A stretch of DNA of 32,000 bases. Source: Microbacterium phage Superfresh. The first letter of the stretch is position 1, and every line of letters starts with the position of its first letter. The stretch is taken from the sequence record MG839026.1; one strand, given 5' to 3'. The translations under genes were made by a program, and so were the position numbers. Below the pieces are notes generated by a model. It ran no database searches and was not told where the DNA came from. It saw only the letters and a list, made by a program, of their open reading frames with translations. Positions 10,148-17,403 of this stretch are shown here, one piece after another.

Positions 10148-10206
10148 CAGCCGACACAAGAAGTCCGGAACCATCCGGATCAACCCCCAACAAAGAAAGG
10201 ACCATC

Positions 10207-10617
10207 ATGGTCACTCGTTACGTCAATCAGGTCGGCGCTTCCCAGAACATCGGCCAGGGCTTCGGCTCGTGTTACTCCAGCCCGGTTCTCTGGGACCGTC
10301 AGCGGAACTCGGCTTACGGCGAGTACGTGCTCTACCAGGTCCGCGACATCTCGCTGGCCAGCGGTGCTCAGTGGTGGCGCGCGAAGTTCCGCATCGGCAT
10401 CTGCAACGCGGCTGGCGTCGAGTACTCGGCGTCGGAGACGTACAAGTACTGGGGTTCCTGGACCCCGTGGGTTCAGCTCACGGGTGCGTGGTACCTCGGC
10501 AACTTCCGTCTCCGGACTCAGGTGCCCGAGGTCCTGAAGAACTCGGCGGGCGAGATCTACTCCTGCCAGTGGGGCAGCTGGACCATCGGTCTCAGCTACG
10601 CCAACGACGGGGTCTGA
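10207..10617 (+). CDS. Hypothetical Trp/Tyr-rich protein, last gene of the late operon
   Basis: AAAGAAAGG RBS, 136 aa, ends just before a terminator. Confidence 0.75.
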   Translation: MVTRYVNQVGASQNIGQGFGSCYSSPVLWDRQRNSAYGEYVLYQVRDISLASGAQWWRAKFRIGICNAAGVEYSASETYKYWGSWTPWVQLTGAWYLGNFRLRTQVPEVLKNSAGEIYSCQWGSWTIGLSYANDGV

Positions 10618-10633
10618 TCACCCACAGCAAGAA

Positions 10634-10667
10634 GGAGGACCCCTGGCCGGTTGGCTGGGGGTCCTCC
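10634..10667. terminator. Hairpin terminator between convergent gene blocks, possibly bidirectional
   Basis: Perfect 10-bp stem GGAGGACCCC/GGGGTCCTCC with 14-nt loop between convergent ORFs ending at 10617 (+) and 10685 (-). Confidence 0.8.
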
Positions 10668-10684
10668 CTTGTGTGCGCTGAGCG

Positions 10685-10873
10685 CTACTGCTTGACCGGG
10701 AAGTGCATGTCCAGGTCAACCACGGCCACACCCAGGTCGGTCTCGAGACGGCCGCGAAGGTGGTCGACCCGGCGGATGCGGATGACCGTGGCCTCGTTGC
10801 CCTCGGGGTCGATGATCTCCATGCCGTGCTCGAGGTTCTCGGCCTTGACCTGACGGTAGGTTGCTCGTGCCAT
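10685..10873 (-). CDS. Small hypothetical protein
   Basis: 62 aa; RBS AAGGAG; promoter at 10913-10941. Confidence 0.65.
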   Translation of the reverse strand: MARATYRQVKAENLEHGMEIIDPEGNEATVIRIRRVDHLRGRLETDLGVAVVDLDMHFPVKQ

Positions 10874-10912
10874 GATGCTCTCCTTGTGGTGAGTGGTGTG
10901 TTGGTACTTAGA

Positions 10913-10941
10913 AGTTTGCCTGAAGTTGAGCCGGAACGCAA
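10913..10941 (-). promoter_or_regulatory. Promoter TTGCGT-N17-CAAACT
   Basis: Read on - strand; matches family consensus; followed by TAAGTACCAACACACCAC leader. Confidence 0.6.
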
Positions 10942-10943
10942 AC

Positions 10944-11096
10944 TCAGAGGCTGTGGGAAGTCTGGCGCTCGACGTAGTCGAACTCGTCGTTCTTGCCGTG
11001 AGGGTAGTCGGCGATGAAGCGCTCGGCGCGTGCCTTGCTGCCAGTGTGGCCGATGACGAAGGCCTCGCCCTTGAAGTAACCGATGAGAATGTGCAT
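10944..11096 (-). CDS. Small hypothetical protein (50 aa), probably leaderless
   Basis: MHILIGYFKG... begins 6 nt after -10 AATAAT of a promoter. The track's 10944..11279 extension is low-complexity and unlikely. Confidence 0.6.
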   Translation of the reverse strand: MHILIGYFKGEAFVIGHTGSKARAERFIADYPHGKNDEFDYVERQTSHSL

Positions 11097-11102
11097 AAGA
11101 AG

Positions 11103-11131
11103 ATTATTGCTCAACTTCGATGCTGGCGCAA
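11103..11131 (-). promoter_or_regulatory. Promoter TTGCGC-N17-AATAAT (leaderless class)
   Basis: ATG lies 6 nt after the -10; the -35 is inside the end of the upstream 52-aa ORF. Confidence 0.7.
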
Positions 11132-11269
11132 CTCCTCGTTCACAAGTGCTGCGATGACCTCGTTGCACTGCATCAGGAGCTTGACACGGGTAGGCTCGTC
11201 GATGCCCCGGAGGCGGGCCTCCCGCTGCTCCGGGGACATCTTGAGGAGCTGGTTGAGCGTAACGCTCAC
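11111..11269 (-). CDS. Small hypothetical protein (52 aa, GTG start), absent from ORF track
   Basis: GTG overlaps the upstream TGA (GTGA); product VSVTLNQLLKMSPEQREARLRGIDEPTRVKLLMQCNEVIAALVNEELRQHRS looks like a normal soluble protein. Confidence 0.55.
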   Translation of the reverse strand: MSVTLNQLLKMSPEQREARLRGIDEPTRVKLLMQCNEVIAALVNEELRQHRS

Positions 11270-12108
11270 AGCCAGGCACCCTTCGTCGGGCGCTTGCCGA
11301 AGGCGAAGGACTCGTCGTCCTGGCTACGCTCCAGTGCTGCGGTGAACGTGAGGCGGCGACCCTTGAGGCCCTCGAGGGAGTCGCTGTAGTCGACCGTGCG
11401 GAAGTACTCGCTCATCAGAGCCGAGGGGATGCTGACCCAGACGCGGAAGCCCTGGTCGTCCTTGACGACTGCCTTGTAGCTGACCCCGTAGTCACCCTCG
11501 ACGAGCTTGGCGGAGGCGATCTCGCCGGTAACGACCACGCGGCCCTCAGGAGCAGCAACCGATGCCGCCTTGAGTGTGGCCCGCTTCTCCATCGACCGGC
11601 GAACCGCTGCGATCATGTTGGGGGTGAAGGGCTTGCTCGGGCCGACCCAGCGGAGGGTCTCAGCCATCGTGCGGAGGAACCCGTCACGCTCGAGCTTGAC
11701 CGGCTGAGCCTGCTCGGCCCACTCGTCGTAGGAAGCGAACAGGTGCTGCGTGTCGTCCTCGATGGTGAGGCTCATGAGGAAGGCGTGGACCTCGGGGTCT
11801 GCTGCGAGAAGCGCCTGGCTGTTGGCCTCGGCTGCGTCGATCTTCTTCTGGTGCTCAGCAGCACGCTTGCGGTCGGCCTGTGCCTTGCGGACTGCCCGCT
11901 CGTGGCACCACTTCTTCGCAGCGGCCTCGTCGGGGAAGATGTCGCCGATGCGAGCCTCGTACACGTTGCCGCACAGGTAGCAGATGCTGTCCATGCCGTT
12001 GAACGAGTAGTGGCCGGTTCCGCCGCAACGACGGCAACCCTTCGCGAAGATGTCGCCAGCCTGGATGTAGTAGAAGCCCTCGTGCTCGAGGGTGGTGATG
12101 TTTGCCAT
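11266..12108 (-). CDS. Zinc-ribbon-containing hypothetical protein, leaderless
   Basis: 280 aa with CRRCGGTGHY...CYLCG zinc-binding pattern; start 6 nt after promoter -10. Confidence 0.8.
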   Translation of the reverse strand: MANITTLEHEGFYYIQAGDIFAKGCRRCGGTGHYSFNGMDSICYLCGNVYEARIGDIFPDEAAAKKWCHERAVRKAQADRKRAAEHQKKIDAAEANSQALLAADPEVHAFLMSLTIEDDTQHLFASYDEWAEQAQPVKLERDGFLRTMAETLRWVGPSKPFTPNMIAAVRRSMEKRATLKAASVAAPEGRVVVTGEIASAKLVEGDYGVSYKAVVKDDQGFRVWVSIPSALMSEYFRTVDYSDSLEGLKGRRLTFTAALERSQDDESFAFGKRPTKGAWL

Positions 12109-12114
12109 GAGAAG

Positions 12115-12143
12115 AGTTTAGCTGATGATTTGGAAATCCGCAA
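12115..12143 (-). promoter_or_regulatory. Promoter TTGCGG-N17-TAAACT (leaderless class)
   Basis: Consensus match; ATG at 12108 is 6 nt after the -10. Confidence 0.7.
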
Positions 12144-12151
12144 ACACTTCT

Positions 12152-12490
12152 TCAGCAAGTCACATCAGCAGGCTGAACCAGGACGCAGTCGTGCTTCGCC
12201 GGGTCGTAGTACTCGACCCCTTCCGGCAGGACAGGTCCAGGCTCTGCGATAGAGCGGTAGCTGTTCGGGCAACCCTCAGTCCCCCAGCACTGGAACCCCT
12301 CAGGGTAGACAATCCAGGTCGTGCCCTGAGCCCACTCAGGGAGTTCGGGCACGGGGTGGACGACGGGTGCCTGGGTAGGCTCAGGGGCGAGAGGGAGGGC
12401 TGCTGCGGGGGAGTGGGCCAGCACGAACCAGGCCGAGATGGCCAGGGCCGCGATAGTGCCGACGGTGACGAAAGCGATCTTCTTGCGCAT
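12152..12490 (-). CDS. Secreted or membrane-anchored small protein
   Basis: MRKKIAFVTVGTIAALAISAWFVLAHS signal/anchor; four Cys in the mature region. Confidence 0.65.
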   Translation of the reverse strand: MRKKIAFVTVGTIAALAISAWFVLAHSPAAALPLAPEPTQAPVVHPVPELPEWAQGTTWIVYPEGFQCWGTEGCPNSYRSIAEPGPVLPEGVEYYDPAKHDCVLVQPADVTC

Positions 12491-12499
12491 GATGATTCC

Positions 12500-12742
12500 T
12501 TACTCGAGAAACTTGCCGTACTCAGGGTCCTGGAAGTTGCCAGTGCTCGGCCCTGCACCCTGCAGAAACACCAGCAGGAGCCACCAGAAGAACTGAACGA
12601 TGTACCACAGGGCCACACCGAGAGCGCCGAGTCCCACGATCGCCAGGACCAGGGTGACCATGACACCGATCATGCCGGAGTGGAAGCGGTCAATCGCGCT
12701 GGGTGCCTCGTCGACCATGACGAGTTCATCGAACTTGCTCAT
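12500..12742 (-). CDS. Small membrane protein
   Basis: MIGVMVTLVLAIVGLGALGVALWYIVQFFWWLLLVFL hydrophobic core; coupled to the upstream gene. Confidence 0.65.
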   Translation of the reverse strand: MSKFDELVMVDEAPSAIDRFHSGMIGVMVTLVLAIVGLGALGVALWYIVQFFWWLLLVFLQGAGPSTGNFQDPEYGKFLE

Positions 12743-14409
12743 ATCTCTACCTCCTCGGGTTCCGGCCTGCGGATGATCTTCAACTGGGTGTTGATGTAGT
12801 GCAGGTCGTTACCCATTTTGGTCTGAACACCCAACCTGAGCAACTGTGAGTCTTCCTCAGGCGGGGCGAGGTTCATGATGAAGTCGCTCCAACCGTGGAG
12901 AGCCGTACTGCCCAGGATCATCTCCTGGATGCTCTCGCCCTTCTCGAAGACACGCTTGCGAGTGTGGTGGATGAACATAATGGCGCACCCTGTCGCCTTA
13001 GCGATGATCTTGAGGTCCTTGAGGATGGCGTACATGTCGGTGCTGCTGCTGACCTCTGCCTTGCCGATGGACATGGAGAGGGTGTCCAGGATGACGATCT
13101 TGAGGCCGTAAGCCTCGATGGTCTCGTAGAGCCGCTGCTTGTCGTTGGCGTCACTGAGGTCGATGGGGTCGAACCGGGTCAGGAGGGGAAGCTCGACAGG
13201 CGGCTCCCAGACGAACCCGCTCCCGACCTGCTTGATGTGGCCATCCCAGTGATACTTGTGGCGAGCAGGCGAGTGGTTGATGCCTGCGTCGAGACGGGTG
13301 GAGAACAGGTACTCGCCGTCCTCGAGGGAGAAGAAGCCGACAGGCTGGGGCTTGTCCACCGAGATGCCGAGAGGCTTGCGGCCGGAGGCGATACCGAGTG
13401 CCAGCTCGATCGCGATACGGGTCTTGCCGACCTTCGGGGGAGCCACGAGCAGGCCACACCCAGCCTCAGGGATGATACCCTTGACGACCCAGGCCATCGG
13501 CTTGCGGATGATGGGTCCGAAGTCAGAGACCCGTGCCATCTCCCAGGCACCGACGCTGTCCTCAGAGACCTCGTCATCCTCGATGGGGTTTACTGCGGGC
13601 TTCGGCTTCTCTTCCTTCTTGGCAGGCTGGGCCGCATACGCGCGGCCGATGTCCTCCTTGAGCTTGTCCGGGTCGTCCTTCCACTTGTTCCACTCGGTGG
13701 CCTTGATCAGCTTGAAGGTCAGCGCCTCGTCCAGACCCAGCTCTGCGGCCTGTCGGGCGAACTTCCACAGGAGCTTGCTGCGGTCGCCGTAGGGGTCTGC
13801 TGCTGCCAGCTCAGAGGCCAGGCCAGCCGGGAAGCCGAGACCCTGGGCCACCCTACGCAGTACCTGAGACCGGGTGTACACGGTGCCAGGGGACGCCAGG
13901 ATGCGACCGTGGAAGGGCTTGCGCTTGTGGTGCCACGTCCCAGGGACCCGCAGGAGCTGGCCGATGTCGACCCCGCTCTTGTCGCCGCCGATCGCGTGGG
14001 CCAGCATCCCCATGAACCCGTCACGATGGTACTCGCTGGGCTGGAGCGGCTCACGCAGGAGCCAGACGGCCTGCTTGTGGCCAGGCGAGGTCTCCCAGAC
14101 GAACGACGGCCTGAGGGACATCAGGAGCTTGTCGTTGAACGACTCGTCACAGTCGATCCAGATGACCTTCTGGGCCGGGTACTGCTTCGCTTTCCGGCTG
14201 TCGCTGCTGCTGACCGCAGGCGTCCAGTACCAGTCGCGCTCTTCCATGAGCACGGGGAGTGCAGGCTGCTTGGAGTCCAGCACCGGTCCTTCCCGGAAGT
14301 GCTCCTTGCCCTTAATCCCGATCGACGAGATGGAAGGCACCCAGACGCTCCCGCGAACGCCTGAGTGCCTCCACACCTTGTGGATCAGCCCGAGAGACTC
14401 TTTATCCAC
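12739..14409 (-). CDS. Primase-like domain fused to RepA/DnaB-type AAA ATPase (helicase)
   Basis: Walker A GLLVAPPKVGKTRIAIELALG; Walker B-like LKIVILDTLS; N-terminal region with VIWIDCDES...FVWETSPGHKQAVWLL resembles virus-type prim-pol N-terminal domains. Confidence 0.8.
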   Translation of the reverse strand: MDKESLGLIHKVWRHSGVRGSVWVPSISSIGIKGKEHFREGPVLDSKQPALPVLMEERDWYWTPAVSSSDSRKAKQYPAQKVIWIDCDESFNDKLLMSLRPSFVWETSPGHKQAVWLLREPLQPSEYHRDGFMGMLAHAIGGDKSGVDIGQLLRVPGTWHHKRKPFHGRILASPGTVYTRSQVLRRVAQGLGFPAGLASELAAADPYGDRSKLLWKFARQAAELGLDEALTFKLIKATEWNKWKDDPDKLKEDIGRAYAAQPAKKEEKPKPAVNPIEDDEVSEDSVGAWEMARVSDFGPIIRKPMAWVVKGIIPEAGCGLLVAPPKVGKTRIAIELALGIASGRKPLGISVDKPQPVGFFSLEDGEYLFSTRLDAGINHSPARHKYHWDGHIKQVGSGFVWEPPVELPLLTRFDPIDLSDANDKQRLYETIEAYGLKIVILDTLSMSIGKAEVSSSTDMYAILKDLKIIAKATGCAIMFIHHTRKRVFEKGESIQEMILGSTALHGWSDFIMNLAPPEEDSQLLRLGVQTKMGNDLHYINTQLKIIRRPEPEEVEI

Positions 14410-14678
14410 TCTACTACTTCCTGAGCTTGCGGGTCCCAGCTGACGAACGTCTTACCGCCAGCCTCCCTGAACTTCTTGAGGTTGTATTGCTGCGCCTTCT
14501 TCGGCTTCTCCTTCTCGGAGCGCTTAGCCTCGATCGCGAAGAAGTGACCGAAGGCTGAACCTAGTACATCGGGGGTTCCCTTCTGCTGAAAGGAACCCCC
14601 GTGTGTACGCAGGCAGTAGACGCCCGGGATGGAGTTGAGGCGAGCCATCATCCTACGGACGATTTCGGCCTCCTCCAT
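14385..14678 (-). CDS. VRR-NUC domain endonuclease
   Basis: RTHGGSFQQKGTPDVLGSAFGHFFAIEAKR is the VRR-NUC PD-(D/E)xK signature. Confidence 0.85.
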   Translation of the reverse strand: MEEAEIVRRMMARLNSIPGVYCLRTHGGSFQQKGTPDVLGSAFGHFFAIEAKRSEKEKPKKAQQYNLKKFREAGGKTFVSWDPQAQEVVEWIKSLSG

Positions 14679-14681
14679 GCG

Positions 14682-15521
14682 TCAGCGACGCTTGATGGGG
14701 CGACGTGCCGGTGCTGCCTTGGCAGGTGCCTTCGCAGCGGGCTTCTTGGCCGGGGCCGACGCGCGACGACGGGGAGCGGGAGCTTCCTCCTCTTCCTCGT
14801 CCTCTTCGTCTTCCTCGTCCTCGTCGTCGAACTCGTCCTCTTCCTCGTCGAGCTCTTCGTCGTCGAGGTCGTCCTCATCCTCGTCTTCGTCTTCGTCCTC
14901 GTCGCCCTCGAGAAGCTCCAGGAGTTCGGCCTTCTTGAGCCCCGTGGGGTCCTCGCCGAGGTCCTTGACGGCCTTGCGGAGCTGAGGCAGGGTGTAGGTC
15001 GAGTAGTCGACTTCCTCCTCGTCCTCCTCGTCCTCTTCCGGCTCGTCGTCGTAGTCCTCGTCGGCCTCCTCGTCACCCTCGTACTCGTCGTCGTCCTCGT
15101 CGTCCTCCGGACCCGAAGCGTCGTCGCCGAGGATGCTCAGCTCGTAGATGCCGTTGATCTCCGAGCGGCCCTCGTACTGGCCGGTGGCGTCCACGACCTC
15201 AGCGGCGACGTGCTGGCCGATGGGACGGTCGGGGTCGATGTTGAGCGCCTTCTTCGGCACCGCGATGCCTGCTGCCACGAACAGGTCGCGGATCTTGAAG
15301 AGCTGGTTGGGCTGGAGCTTGCAGTAGTACGGGAACCGACGCGTCTTGTAGCGCGCGTCGACCGGAACGAGCGCGTACGTCAGCATGTCGGTGCCGTCGT
15401 TCGCCTCCTTGTCGTCGACCGCGACGATCTTGAACTCGTGGAGTCCCTCGGGCATGTGCTTGGTGTTCCAGCCGGAACGCTCTTCGACCTTGGAGAAGTC
15501 GAGACGGATCTTCTTTGCCAT
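14682..15521 (-). CDS. Phage ssDNA-binding-like protein with acidic linker, SAP/HeH-like motif and Lys/Ala/Pro tail
   Basis: N-terminal FKIVAVDDKEANDGTDMLTYALVPVD...FPYYCKLQPNQLFKIRDLFVAAG resembles DUF669-type SSB proteins; YTLPQLRKAVKDLGEDPTGLKKAELLELLE is SAP-like. Confidence 0.65.
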   Translation of the reverse strand: MAKKIRLDFSKVEERSGWNTKHMPEGLHEFKIVAVDDKEANDGTDMLTYALVPVDARYKTRRFPYYCKLQPNQLFKIRDLFVAAGIAVPKKALNIDPDRPIGQHVAAEVVDATGQYEGRSEINGIYELSILGDDASGPEDDEDDDEYEGDEEADEDYDDEPEEDEEDEEEVDYSTYTLPQLRKAVKDLGEDPTGLKKAELLELLEGDEDEDEDEDEDDLDDEELDEEEDEFDDEDEEDEEDEEEEEAPAPRRRASAPAKKPAAKAPAKAAPARRPIKRR

Positions 15522-15553
15522 GATGTACTATCCTTCTTCTTGTGGGTTCTCGA

Positions 15554-16222
15554 CTAGCGGGTCCAGCCGAGAAGCTGGTTCAAGCGACCGACGGTCGGCT
15601 GCTTGAGGAATGCGGGGTTACCCGAGTAGACCTTGCTGCGGGCACCGGAGACGATGCTGCTGCTGGGGCCGAGCCAGAGGCGGCGAACGGGCTTGTCGTT
15701 GACGTGGGCGATGTACAACCGGCCGATGACGTCAGACATCTGCAGGAGGCCACTGGCAGCACCGGGGGAGAGGTCGACCGTGGTCATGACCCCTGTGTCC
15801 TCGTCGGTGTCCTCGGAGACCCACTCCTCGTTCGGGAGGATGAGCTTCTCCTGGGCCAGGATGATGGACTGCTTCGCCTTCTCGTTGCGGAGCTGGCGGA
15901 CGATCGCCAGGAGAGCGCTGTTGGCGGTGCCGTACTGAGCCTGCGATGCGCCTGCCCCGTGCGTCATGTCGAAGAGCATCGTGCTGTGCAGAGATGTGGC
16001 CGTGTCCAGGATGATCCGGGTGTGACTCCGGAGGAACGGACCGTTCATGAGCTTGTTGAGGTTCTTGGTGCTCATGTCTTCCTCGACCGTGATGCCGGTG
16101 AGGTCGAAGCCGATGAGGCCCTGGTCTGCCGAGATGACAGCGGTCTTGCCCTTCGGGGCATCCTTGAGCGCGAAGGTGGTCTTACCAACCTTCGGCCTCG
16201 AGTAGATGGTGTAGACGGTCAC
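15554..16222 (-). CDS. Sak4/RecA-like recombination ATPase
   Basis: Walker A IYSRPKVGKTTFA, compact RecA-like fold, located between SSB-like and exonuclease genes. Confidence 0.8.
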   Translation of the reverse strand: MTVYTIYSRPKVGKTTFALKDAPKGKTAVISADQGLIGFDLTGITVEEDMSTKNLNKLMNGPFLRSHTRIILDTATSLHSTMLFDMTHGAGASQAQYGTANSALLAIVRQLRNEKAKQSIILAQEKLILPNEEWVSEDTDEDTGVMTTVDLSPGAASGLLQMSDVIGRLYIAHVNDKPVRRLWLGPSSSIVSGARSKVYSGNPAFLKQPTVGRLNQLLGWTR

Positions 16223-17403
16223 TTCTTCTTGCCCTTCTTCTGGTTCGGGTAGTAGTCCAGCGGGTCACGCGTGGTGACGTACCGGGTGCGCTGCTCGATC
16301 TCGCTGGTGCCGTGGATGAGGTCGGCAACCGTGAGGTCCTTGTAGTTGCACATGTACCCTGAGCAAGCGTGAAGGTTTCGCTCCACACAGTCGGGGTCGT
16401 CCCAGCGGTAGTTTAGCAGGCGCTTGGCGCTTGACACAAATGCCTTGTGCTGCCTACGGCGCTGGGCCACATCAAACGTCATCTTGTCGCGGCGGAACAA
16501 GTCCGTGTAGTCCCGCTGCTTGAGCGCGATGAGGAAGTCCTTGACGTACTCGCGCTCCTCCTCATCCTCGATGGCCAGAAGCTCCTTGCCCCGGATGACG
16601 GTCATCATCTTGTTCTCGATGAGCCACTCCTTGAACACCGGGAGGGTCGTGCCAGTCGGCTTCAGCACGCGGCTGATCTTGCCCTTGAGCGTGAGGCTCG
16701 GGACACTGATGCTGCTGGTCTTGCAGTAGTCGTAGATGAAGCCCTTCGGCTGAGGCAGAGGCTTGCCCTTGTATCGAAGTGCCTTGTAGGTCGGGGCCGT
16801 CTCGCATGCCCAGAGGTACGAGTAGTGCTGGAAGGCCAGCTCCCGGTACCGCCAGTCCGGGATCTGAGCGTGAGTCTTGTGGTCGACGAGCCAGACATCC
16901 CCGTTCTCGTCGATGACGATGAGGTCGATCCGACCACGGTACAGCACCTTGCCGCCGAACATGGGCCGCTCGACGGTGATCTCCGCTGCGATGGGCGTCA
17001 GGTTGTCCTTGGCGTACACGTGATCGTAGCTGAGGGCGATGCGGTAGCACTCCTTGTCCAGGGTGCCGACCTCCTCCTCGAACTGAGTCTGCTCTGCCTT
17101 GGCGACGATCTCCTTGTGCTTGACGCGCCAGTCGCGGCCGTTCGCGCGCTCCTCGAGCAGACTGTGTACCCAGGTCCCACGGGTGAGAGGCTTCTTCTCG
17201 AGCCGGGGCCGCAGGCCGAGGACGATCGAGTAGTAGACCTCCCGAGGGCACTCCACGAACCCGCTGACCATCGACTGCGTGATGACGAGCTTGCCGTCGT
17301 CGGTCGTGGGCCACTTGCCACGCTGACGCAGCGGGCTGTCGGGCTTGAGACCCGTGCTCGGCAGGCGTGTGGCCTTGCCCTTAGAACTCGGCAAGCGGCT
17401 CAC
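16219..17403 (-). CDS. Cas4/RecB-like PD-(D/E)xK exonuclease
   Basis: ITQSMVSGFVECPREVYYSIVLG, GRIDLIVIDENGDVWLVDHKTH, and C-terminal Cys cluster. GTG start chosen at 17403 (upstream extension is the antisense-like part of pol frame). Confidence 0.8.
   Translation of the reverse strand: MSRLPSSKGKATRLPSTGLKPDSPLRQRGKWPTTDDGKLVITQSMVSGFVECPREVYYSIVLGLRPRLEKKPLTRGTWVHSLLEERANGRDWRVKHKEIVAKAEQTQFEEEVGTLDKECYRIALSYDHVYAKDNLTPIAAEITVERPMFGGKVLYRGRIDLIVIDENGDVWLVDHKTHAQIPDWRYRELAFQHYSYLWACETAPTYKALRYKGKPLPQPKGFIYDYCKTSSISVPSLTLKGKISRVLKPTGTTLPVFKEWLIENKMMTVIRGKELLAIEDEEEREYVKDFLIALKQRDYTDLFRRDKMTFDVAQRRRQHKAFVSSAKRLLNYRWDDPDCVERNLHACSGYMCNYKDLTVADLIHGTSEIEQRTRYVTTRDPLDYYPNQKKGKKK

Noticed and set aside
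12895-14364. 489-aa + strand ORF antisense to the primase/helicase
   Set aside because: Mirror of a coding gene with Walker motifs; no independent RBS or operon context.
14629-14985. Poly-Ser ORF (GASSSSSSSSS...) on the + strand
   Set aside because: Reverse complement of the Asp/Glu codon tract in the SSB-like gene, not a serine-rich protein.
14786-15120. GA/CT-rich simple repeat as a possible microsatellite or triplex element
   Set aside because: Explained by acidic-tract codons of the SSB-like protein; noted as a protein feature instead.
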